From contig MNCI01002989.1 in assembly GCA_015680685.1 (NCBI GenBank), positions 591,706 to 655,705 on the forward strand: DNA of 64,000 nucleotides. The letters are read 5' to 3'. The stretch's first letter is position 1; each line of letters starts with the position of its first letter. This DNA is from Gnetum montanum. Taxonomy: Eukaryota; Plantae; Gnetophyta. The translations under genes were made by a program, and so were the position numbers. Of the stretch, positions 13,897 through 24,575 are shown piece after piece. Under the pieces are notes generated by a model, which worked only from the letters and a program-made list of their open reading frames with translations, made no database searches and was not told where the DNA came from.

Positions 13897-15130
13897 ATGG
13901 AAGGAGGATCATACATCAAGTCACTAATGTTCAATGGAATCACCTTTACATGTTGGAGGACTCAAATGCAAAAATTCTTTAAGTACATGAGGTTCATAGG
14001 TTTGGTATTCATCTTGGATGAATGCACTCAACTCATTAGCATCATTTTGGATAGCAAAGGTAAGAGTAGAGATAATCTAAACTTTTAAATTTTGATACTT
14101 TTTCTATGAAATGATGGATATGTGATGGAAGAGACCATATGACCTCCAAATGCAGGTTGTATGAGAAAGAGTATAGTGAAGGAAGGAGAAGAAGTAACAT
14201 CCATACAAGCCAAGATGATCAAGAGGAATCAACTAAAGAAGATAAAATGGCAAAAAAAAATATCTACACTAGCTGGGATGATAGAGACCAAAGCAAGGTG
14301 GAGGATGATGCAAAAGACTTGCATCTCATTTTCATGTATCTTACAGATGATGATGCTAGCCTCTTAGATGATGATCAATTTGAAAATGAGGTGGAAAGAT
14401 ATGGCATATTGTGTAAGGAACTTCTATCTTTTCAAAGTCTATGTATAAAGTTGAATAAGAAAATAAAAATCAAGGATCAAGACTTTCTTCATTAAATATA
14501 ATGATTTTAGATCTCAAAAAATAAATCTTAGTCTTAAGGGATAAGAATAAAAAGCTAACCCTATCTTATGAGCAAATTAGGGAAGCACTTGCAAATGTTA
14601 AACTTGTAAATGAGAGGTTGGTCAAAGGAAAAGAATCTATTCGAATAATTCTTGGACAAGGAAGGAGTCCAAATGACAAAAGTGGACTATGATGCTACCA
14701 ATAAGAACAAGTATTCATAACAATCTCATCTAAACAAGAGACCACTTCAAAAGCTGAGGTAACTACTAGCACTACTTGTAACCAAAGGGTAACTTCAAGG
14801 TTTGATCATTTAACCAAAATAGAAAGGTTATATGTTATTACTGTAATAGGTTTGGACATAAGTAGTGGAATTGCAATTTAAAATATTACCACATGAACAC
14901 CTAATTGTATCATAAGGCTCCTTGGTCCTATCCAAATACACCTAGAAAGGAAATATTATAGGACAAAAAGGAATGAAGGACAAAACTAGAATGCAAAGAG
15001 AACAAAAAGGTGTGGAGAATTAAGAGAAAATAAGGAGGTGAAAGAACTGTCAAAAAAAAATTTGAAATGAAGCAAGACATTAGAAATAAATGAAATTAAT
15101 TTGAAAGAAGGAACTTCAAAAGAAGAACCT
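13897..15130 (+). pseudogene. gag: Copia/SIRE gag pseudogene
   Basis: N-terminus MEGGSYIKSLMFNGITFTCWRTQMQKFF (Copia gag N-terminal motif); decayed knuckle at ~14110; ICYYCNRFGHK*WNC at ~14830; coiled-coil linker. Confidence 0.75.
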
Positions 15131-16760
15131 TAGTTCTAATCTCTTTAAACATCTTGATCTCCATTAGCAAGCAAGGTAAGTAATGGTAAGTATAGTTATA
15201 ATCATTATACCTTGACTTGATGAGATTAGAATAGATTAGGTTATTTTTATGGTTGAATGAAATCTTGTGCTACTTTTAAAATTTTTATTGATAAATCATA
15301 TTTTGGATTCTTAACTAGAATATATTGGTTTTAAGTGGTTAAAGTCCTTGATTGTAATTCATGGATCCAATTTTTTTTTCATTCATTGTTACTTAAACAT
15401 ATACATCCTACCTTATATATGATATGGCATTATTTATTCCCTATGAAATCATAAAGTCAAACTGTTATTAAAAGATTTTTTTGATGTACGATAATTGAAG
15501 CATTAGAATTGGTACCTTTAATGTAATTCATGTATCTTCTAAGAAAAGCAACATTTTAAAAGAAATTCCTTGAGCACATGAGTTATTTTCTATCTTTATC
15601 ATAAAGTGCTATTATTAATAGGAGGCCTTGTTTTCAAAAGTCTCCAAAATTTATCTTAATATGGCACTCTAGATTTATGGAGACATCATCTAGAACTTAT
15701 GTAATTCTTAATGAATGTGTGATGTTTATGTGTGTTTTCTTATGTTGATTTTCTTTTGATGATTTCCAGGTGTTTTTCCATGTTTGGGGGTGTTTTAGAC
15801 TTATCTTGAAGAGTTTTAGAGGTTCCAAGGTCTATGGGGACTTGTTGGGAAGCATCTAGAGGCTCTTGAGATCAAAATGAGCATTTTTATTTTTGGCATA
15901 TATAGGATAAACATCTCTTCAAAAAGATAGACATCTCCCCAGAGCCATCTACCCTGCAGTGTAGATGTCTCAAGACCAAAGAAGACATCTACCAAAAACA
16001 GGAGACATCTCTCTTGAAAGCAAAGACTTCACAGTAGACATCTACATGGAACCAAAGATGTCTATGTCAGTGAGAAAGAATAAAAAAGAAAATCTCTAAT
16101 GTGGAATTTCAATTGAGGAACATCTAGGGAGAAATTCCATACACATTAAAAATGTTTACATCTTTGTTGTTGAAAGGATTCACTAATGGGAGATCTTAGT
16201 CTCCACACTTGATCCTAGAATTTCTATGCAGCATGAAGATCCTGAAAGGCTCAAGGAAGAATACAAAACTCTCTACAACAAATACATTATGACTCAAGAG
16301 ACTAGGAAGAAAGATAAGCATGTATGTAGTGAGAGCCTATACCTCATCGATAGTTATCACCTATAAGCCACCCATGTAGGGGAATTCTTTTGAGACTCTT
16401 ACCAAAAGATACTCAAGCTACAAGACCTTCCACTCTAATGCCCATATAAAAAAATGAGCAAAAAAGAGCATATTCATTGGGTAAATTTTTGAAAGTAAAA
16501 GAGGACATTTATTTACCAATCTTTAAAATCCTTACCTAAAGATGATCTTTATTCGTGAAAGCTCTTGAACTTTATATGTTGTATAAACTTACTTGTGAGC
16601 TCTATGTTAAGGATTTAATGGTTCATGTATGATCTTTTGTATGTTGAGAATGTATAATTTTAAGTACCTAAGGCCCTTATTGCAAATATGAGTTGATAAA
16701 TTCTCACCTTAGAAATATCAAGTCTTCAATGGTAGATTAGAACTAGAAAATGAACATTGG

Positions 16761-17065
16761 TAAGAAATGAGGTGTGTGTGTGTGTGTGTTATATTTTCTC
16801 TTAACATGATTATCATATATTAGTTTATGATTTTTGTTTGGGTAAAAAGATGATTGGTTGTGTTTGATGTTTTGATATATTTAACATAATAAGATGTGTT
16901 GCTTTGTCTTAAGAAATGAGGTGTGTGTGTGTGTGTGTGTATTATATTTGCTCTTAACATGATTATCATATATTAGTTTATGATTTTTGTTTGGGTAAAA
17001 AGATGATTGGTTGTGTTTGATGTTTTGATATATTTAACATAATAAGATGTGTTGCTTTGTCTTAA
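16761..17065. repeat. ~150-bp tandem duplication beginning with a (GT)n microsatellite
   Basis: TAAGAAATGAGG(TG)n..GCTTTGTCTT occurs twice, nearly identical. Confidence 0.85.
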
Positions 17066-17646
17066 AAGTTGAATATGCATGCTGTTACTCACCTACCATG
17101 AAATTTCTATTCCTTATTTTTTTTATATTTCAAGAGGAGAATACTAAATGATTATAGAACTATGAGATATTGGTTATTCATTACTAATGGATTATTGACT
17201 CAAAGAAAAATTACATCATCTTCAATGCTCAAACTTTAAAATTCATCTTTAGATATCCTCTAAAAGGCTTGGATCTATTGTACCTCATGATTTCTAACCT
17301 TATTTGTAAACAAATATAGGGAAACTCTTAAGGAAATTTAGTTTTTCATCATCAACCTATGAAATCAATGCTTAAGGATGTATACTCTTTAATTGATATT
17401 TATCATGTTTCTAACTTAGCTAAATGTTTGTATCTATGTGTGATTGTCATATGATGATATGCAACTATGGTGGATCTTTATTCAGGATTACAATTGGTTC
17501 TTATTTTTTCCTTGCCTCTTTTTGAGTGCTATCCAACATGGTGGAGAGAGAAGAGTATTTAGTTAGAATTTCAAGCATGGTAACTTTATATATCTCATAT
17601 GTTTGTGTTGTATACTAACCCATTTTCTTAAGTTTTGGACATCATT

Positions 17647-17660
17647 AAAAAAAGGTGAGA
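17647..17660 (+). promoter_or_regulatory. Polypurine tract of the SIRE-type element
   Basis: AAAAAAAGGTGAGA followed by TTGTTG (canonical AAAAAGGGGGAGATTGTT). Confidence 0.75.
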
Positions 17661-17661
17661 T

Positions 17662-18340
17662 TGTTGACCTTTTGGTATGTCAAAACCTTAGAGAAAATGA
17701 AGAATATGAAAATGTATTTGTAATCTAGTAGGGCCATAAATGACCAAGGACTTCAAAACAAGAGTTGAGTTTGAAAACAAGATCTACATTAATATGTTGT
17801 GAGATCTACATAGAGATGTCATTATGAAGACTACATGGATGAAAATAAAGACTATGAAGATGCTCCAAGGACTAACAAGAAGGTAAATTGATAGCTCAAA
17901 AGTTGAGGAGACATCTCCTAAAAATAGTAGATGTCTACATTCAACAATAGACATCTCCCTAGATACATCTTCCTAGAGATGTCCCATTTTCTAGTGACAT
18001 GCCTTTCCCAAATTGAGGCCAATCTCATATAGACATCTCCACTTCAAAGAATATGTCTACATGATCCATTGGATAGCCATTGCTCAAATTCTTAGGAATT
18101 TTTAGAAACTTCAAACCTATAAGAATACATCATATTCTTGGAAATTGTACAAGCATTATTAACATCAAAGCAATCATTGTCACATCTATGCTATTGTATT
18201 CTTATCCTTCATTGTCAAATCATTGGCTTGTTTGTATGTTGAGTTGAGCCTCAATGACAAGGTCTTGTAATTGTAGTTACATTCTTTCCTTGCTTTTTAC
18301 ATTATTTTTTGTTGCCTTATGGGGTTGATGTGCTCATTAT
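17662..18340 (+). repeat. SIRE-type 3' LTR (3'-truncated)
   Basis: Starts TGTTG after the PPT; aligns to the 5' LTR from ~17970. Confidence 0.75.
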
Positions 18341-18351
18341 TAGGATCGACA

Positions 18352-19110
18352 CGTATCCCTACTTTAGATACTACAAAGCCAAGCATCTTACTAGTTTTGA
18401 CACCAAAAACACACTTCTTGGGATTTAGCCTAAGCTCATACTTGAGATATTATTTAAGTACAAGGTCAAGGTCCTATGAATGATCATTGGCCACTTTGGA
18501 CTTAATAGCTATATCATATACATAATCATAGATCAAACCTAGCATATAATCACTAAAGATATTCATCATGTCTCTTTGATAGGTTTCTCTTGCATTCTTT
18601 AGGGCAAAGGACATCATAGTGTAACAAAAGGTACCCCAAGTGATCATAAAGGTTGTACTAAGTTGATGCTCAAGGTTAATCCTAATTTGATTATATCCCA
18701 ATAATCCATCCATGAAGGATAATAAGGCATGTCTAGCTATAATATTGATAAGTTATCAATACTAAGCAAAGGGAAATTATCTATGCAAATGCATATACTC
18801 CCATTTTTCTTAGGGACTACCACTATGTTGGACATCCATTCTATGTAATCAATAGCTCTAATGAAACCAACTTGGTATAGATTTGTGATTTCATCACAAG
18901 CACTCCAAGGTCAAATTAGGTCTAATCTTATGGACTTTTTTCTTGAATGGTTTAATGCTAGGATTGAGGATGATGTTATGTTAGACTAAACATGGGTCAA
19001 GACCTAGCATATCCTCATATGACTAGGTAGAGACCTTAATATTGTCTTATAAAAACTAGGTGATGTCTTAAGCCTATTAAGGTTCCAATGAGAAACTTAG
19101 TTTCAGGGTT
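18352..19110 (-). pseudogene. pol: Ty3/Gypsy Tat/Ogre-like reverse transcriptase fragment
   Basis: MDGLLGYNQI..WGTFCYTMMSFALKNARETYQR..DYVYD (YVDD) ..LRLNPRKCVFGV. Confidence 0.85.
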
Positions 19111-20059
19111 TTCTCCCTACCACTATGTGTCGTGATGGGAACCTCAACTAAAGAGTCTTCAATAATGTCACTAGCCTCAAGGTCAAGGGTTTTGAATAGG
19201 TTTTCAAGCCATTCTAGAGTTTTCTCTACATAACCTATGTAGTAAACAAGACTCTCAGACTCAAGATCTAGGCATTTAGAATTAATACATCATTCAACAT
19301 TACCATGAGGCCCACTTAGGATCAAATGCAAACTGATTTACTTCCAAGTACTCGTACTCTAGTCCTACATGTTGATCATAAGAACATTAAGTGGCACCTA
19401 GGTAAAAATGAGTAAATAATGCCAAAATGCTATAAAATATCTTAGTAACTATGTAAACACATGTTATTTCAATGTCAAACAGAATGTAAACAAGGTCAAC
19501 CAAGGCTGTAAGAGGTAGGTGAATATAAATAAGTTAGAAAAAAGGCCACCTAAGGTTAAATAAAAGATAAACAAGGTTAAAACAAGATGAAGCATAATGA
19601 AAGTATGAAATATACTATCAAACATTAGCAAGCCACATTGCTAGTTTAAGACCTTGATAGGCCATGGTTATATGGTATTAAATGATGGTCAAGGATGGTC
19701 AAACCCCATCATCTAACACTAATCAAAGGCTATACAAAGATCAACAAAGGCCACAATGGAGAGAACAAGGTAGATATGGTGAAACTAGAGTTATGTAAAA
19801 GCTGAATGAAATCAATCAATGGTAATAAAGGTCAACAAGGCAAAAATAAGTCAAAACACCATGAAACCAGGTCAAATAAGCCAAGGTAAAAAATGTGTGA
19901 TAAAAGAAGGCCAATATTGATTAAAAAGGATTAGATTCTACCATTTTTAGGCCTTATCAGGCCAACATAAAGGACTACAATGTTTACATGTGAGTTTGGA
20001 CACTTGTGGAGGCTATTTTAAGATCGTTTTATGTTAAAATTAAGGTTTTTCTAGGCATC

Positions 20060-21930
20060 CATGGTAGAGCCACACTAGCCAACATGTGTGGGATGAGCAC
20101 CAGCATGGATAGGATGGTCATGTGATTCTATAGGTTGATTTTAATTAGTTTTTGACTCCCAATGGCTTGTATGATCAATGCAATGAAATGGGGAAGAAAA
20201 TTATGTAATTATGGTATCAATTTAAACCTCTAAAAGCCATGCATGAAGCCTAGAACTACCTTCCACATTGGAGAAACATTGGCTAGCATGGCCCCAACAT
20301 GGTTATAAAAAAAATCAAATTTATGGCATCCAAAGAATCACAATTGGTGTTCTATTGGCTTCAAAGGATGGTGCAAGGTCACAATGGTCAAAATTAATCA
20401 TATTGGAGGTTAGAACCTACAATGAAAGTGGGTTTTAAGGTCTTCCCCGCACCAAAGGCACATTGACCAACATGGATGAAGGGGATCTAAGTGTGGATCG
20501 CCTAGTCTACATTATTATAGGGTCAAATTGTAGTTGAATCTAGGGTTTTACAATTTTATGTTTCCACAATTGAGTTTTAAGGCCATTTGATGGATGTTAT
20601 GCTAGTAAAATCTTGTAGGGACCTCTTCCACACTAAGGCCACACTAGCGAATGTTGCTCTAGTAGCCCTCAATGTGGATACTTGTATTTTTTATTTCTTT
20701 GGTGCTTTAGAGGCAAGTTGACTAGGTTTTCATGCTTCTAGGATTGCTATTAGTGATTTTTGAGGTTTAGGCTTAAAACTAATCATGTTTGAGGGTTATT
20801 TGCATTATGATATGGTTATACCCCATTTAGCCACACTCGATAGCATTGCTAAGCATGGGTGAGGGAGTCTAATGATCTTTTATGATTGAAAAAAGAATGA
20901 ATGGTTATCAATTTAAGGTTTTGGCATTCTAGGCATTACTAAGCTAAGTTTTAGGCATTCAGCATGTCAAAGTATTGCTAAAAATGGTAAACAACCTTAC
21001 CCACACTAGAGCCACATTGGAAAATGTGGCTCTAGCCTTCCTCAACATGGCTACATTAGAATATTTGAGTTATGATAGGTTCTAGCATCAAATCAACAAG
21101 GCATTTGAGATTCTCTTGGCTTTTCCTTGTGGTACCCAAGCTAGACCCACACTAGACAACATGAGTAGAGCCTCCCTAAACATAGATGAATGGTATTTAA
21201 TCAACTTCAAGAGGTTTTCACATGATTTACAATGGCCATACACTCTAGGAAGATTTTTAAGATAATGGAAGTGAGTTTTTAGGCTCTCTTAAGGCATTAA
21301 TGGATTTTTTTGGGTCATTCCTAGGGTAGCCACACTAGACCTACATTGGTTAGCATGGGTGAGAGGCTCCTCAATGAGGAAAAGGTAGGATGCATGTAAT
21401 TTAAATTTTTTTCATTGGTTTTAGGTTGTCAGAGGTTATAGAGAATTCTTAAGGCCTAAATATGGCAAGTGAGAGGTTAATTCTTGTGTTTTAAGGTTAT
21501 AACCCAACCAACCATGCTGGGACCACGCTGGCCAACATGAATGAGATGTCCCCTAGCATTTCTTCATTAAATTTTAAGGTTTTGGCCACTTTTGGTTATA
21601 TTTGGAAAAGCTTCAAGGCTATCAGGGGCTTCCAAAGGGGTTTTAGGATTTTTGACTTTATTTTGAGGTTGAATCAAGGTTTCTTGATGTCTGTGTGTGT
21701 TATATCCCTTTAAGCAATGTTGGCCAATGTGGATGGATCCTTGCCCAGTATTGTCACACAAAATGATAAGTTTCATGAAGGGTTCTAGCCTCTACCAAGG
21801 TTTGATGTTTGCTAGTATCAACTCCAGCTACTAAATATGGCAAGGTGTGTATAGGTCTTCTTGTTTTGAGCATGGAATACTAGGACCCATGCTAGACCAC
21901 ATTACCCAGCATGGGTGAGGGGGTATGAGG
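20060..21930. repeat. Degenerate ~183-bp-period array of an 18-bp palindrome (inferred ancestral CCACGCTGGCCAGCGTGG)
   Basis: 11 decayed copies starting at 20070, 20274, 20458, 20639, 20841, 21012, 21147, 21341, 21523, 21715, 21897. Confidence 0.75.
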
Positions 21931-23121
21931 TTGAAAATTTTTTTTTAAAGTAAAAACGATATTAAACCCCAATGTAGATGAGGTTTTAAGGCCTTAAACT
22001 CACTTTGCTTAGGAGGCACCTAGTGGGGCCCATCCAAATTCTAATTCTAATTTGAGTTTTTGAAACTTCCACCATCCCAACATTGTTAGAAATTTTTCCC
22101 CTTTGAACTATTAGGCACCAAGAGTTTCAGTGCATGAATTTGGCAATGGGGATCTCAAAGTGGGTGCTTAGGTTGAAGATTAGTTTTTATTCAAAATTAA
22201 CTTACACAAATAATTCTTCTTCCTAGTAGTGCACTAGTTTAGAGTTCTAGTAAAAATTATGATAAAAAACCCCATCAATCCCCAACATTTCTAATCAAGG
22301 TTCCATTATGAACAGCTCTACCATCAAGATTTTCAAAGGTTTTTCTATGTTTTTGATTCACCATGTTGAAAAGGAAGGCAAGCACTACCAAAAATCCTAC
22401 CCTAAATGATGCTGATATAGTAGCCAAGGGCCTCTTCCACCTTCTATATCCCATCATAGGACAAGGATCTGCTACAATTGTGCACCTCGAGGTGCACAAA
22501 TCTTCATCTTTTCTATGTGTTTTCTTAGTTTTTTCTGGGCTATATCCTAGGTATTTTTTTAGATCTAGGTTATTGTAATAGTTAAAATCAAATTTCAAGA
22601 AAATTCTATGTTGTTTCTTGGTGGGATTTATGTGTTTTTGGTGTTGCTTTAACTTTTATATTTGGTTTTTGTGTAGGTTATAAATTTTTTTTGGGTCAAT
22701 TTGTTGTGTATTTTTGAATTTTTGTCAAAAAAAAAGCAACACCAATTCTATAAATTTTATTAAGAAAACAGCTAGGAGTTCTTAATTTTTTCTTCCATAG
22801 GGTTATAATTTGATGTTTAACTATTGAAATGGTGGTTGAACCACTAGATTCTAACTCATGGTTAATTCTTCATGAGTTTTTCCATTAGCTAGCAAATAGT
22901 GTTCTTCCTACTTTGTCCTATTTCTATGGTATTTGTGTACCTTTTTTATGATAAAACAGCTATGTGTTTTTGGTTTTTTAAGTTATGGTCTTTTAGTTTA
23001 TGGTTTAAGATTTCAAATGGCTTTGGTGTCATGTGATTTGGGTTTACATTTAATTTTTGATGAATTTTTTTGTTAGTTGATGTAGGTGTGTTTTCATGTT
23101 ATTTTCAATTTTTTATGTCAC

Positions 23122-23130
23122 TTCATGAAT

Positions 23131-23192
<62 letters not shown>
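23122..23192. repeat. Poly-T tract (~70 nt)
   Basis: Direct reading. Confidence 0.95.
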
Positions 23193-23194
<2 letters not shown>

Positions 23195-23896
23195 AAAAAC
23201 AACTTAGAGTTTTTATGTTTTTAAGGTATGGGTTTCTAGCTCTACATTTAATCTTTCAAATGGTCCTATAATCCCTTTATTTGGGTTTGTAACTGGTTTT
23301 TTATGATTTTTATGATGAGGTTGCACAAAACAAAATTTTAGGCTTTAACGGTTTTACCCCTATGAAGATGGGCAACATTGGCATGTTGGATGATTTTCTC
23401 CATCAATGCCTTATGTTCTTGGGGATATTTGGGATATTAGGAGTGGTTTAGAGTTAGTTTCATCAATGTTAAAATTTTTTTGGTATTTTTTATCAATGAT
23501 CTCCTATGGTCATTTTCTTCATTTTTGATGTGAAATATGAGTTTTGGCAAAATCTAGTTGAATTTTTGCATAGATTTTTGAATGTGTTTTAATCTTGGAA
23601 TAATAGTGTTGACGTTTTTGTAATTGAGTTACCATGTTCAAGGTTTTCTTAGGCTGTTTGCATGTTGATTTTGAGTTTTTAAAGAATTTTGAACAAACAT
23701 TTATAGACTTTTTACTATGGATACTTTCACCATTAACTAGGATGTTGAGCAAAATTCTTATGAAATTCAAAGTGGTGTATTGTTGTAGTTGTACTTGGTT
23801 ATGGTTGTGACTGTTCCTAGTTTTGTTTCTTTTTTTCCAATGTTTAAAACATGGTTTAAATATTGTGTGTTGTTGTTCCCATTCAAGACCTTCCTT

Positions 23897-24284
23897 AAGC
23901 CCATCTTGGTTGTAGTGGAGTTGGTAGGGATACTCTACTATATCAACCTACTCAACCCCAATACTCCTCTTGCTAAAATTATATTAGAGTGGGGTTCCTT
24001 ATGGTACTAGTCGGGGCCTAGAGAATTCTTGGCCTACCTATTACAAAATTTCAATGTGATGATGTGGTCACACTTATGTGGAGTTCATAGTTGATGATCT
24101 ATAAACCTATGCAAAGTGTGAGGTGTTGGATAGTAAGAGTACTAGGGGGATCCACCATCTATCCCAAATATAAAACATGCTAGAGTTCTCCTAGTATAAT
24201 ACTAAAAACACCTTGGTGGTAGCACATCAAGCCCACACACTATTCCAAAATCCTTCTGATACAATGTACCATTTTAAAGGATAA
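23897..24284 (+). pseudogene. FCP1/NIF (HAD-superfamily CTD phosphatase-like) domain remnant
   Basis: KPILVVVELVGIL..WY*SGPREFLAYLLQNFNVMMWS..(frameshift)..YNTKNTLVVAHQAHTLFQNP, resembling LLVLDLxGxL / RPG..EFL....F.V..WS / NTLLxDD....NP. Confidence 0.6.
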
Positions 24285-24575
24285 GTGTATTTGTCAAAAA
24301 AAAATTTATATTTTTAGTTTATTTGGTTTACCTATTCTTCCATAGCTTATCAGTTTTTATTGCTATCTTGCAAGTACAAGGTTAGTGACCAAGGTTTGAT
24401 CAAGAATGATCAAACCTTGCTTATGGCTCAAACCATAGTGGGTGTATTTACCAAAAGACCAATAATCAGGATTGTAGTGGTTAACCAATTAAATTATGAT
24501 TTTGATAAATACATCGACATCTTCACTCCAACCTTCTAGACATGTCTTGGCACTGAGATGGCTCACAGTTGGTGG

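Larger units (their letters stand above)
12990..18340 (+). mobile_element. Ty1/Copia Sirevirus (SIRE/Maximus)-type LTR retrotransposon, decayed, lacking pol
   Basis: Homologous LTR parts 12990-13370 and 17970-18340; U5 signature TATTCAACCCCCCTTCTAAG; tRNA-iMet PBS; gag with two zinc knuckles; PPT followed by TGTTG. Confidence 0.8.

Noticed and set aside
20060-21930. CRISPR-like repeat-spacer array
   Set aside because: Eukaryotic TE context, highly degenerate repeats, ~165-bp spacers and no cas genes
22014-22030. Possible tRNA-Lys PBS (GGCACCTAGTGGGGCCC)
   Set aside because: Needs an indel and several mismatches, and no LTR end is identifiable next to it
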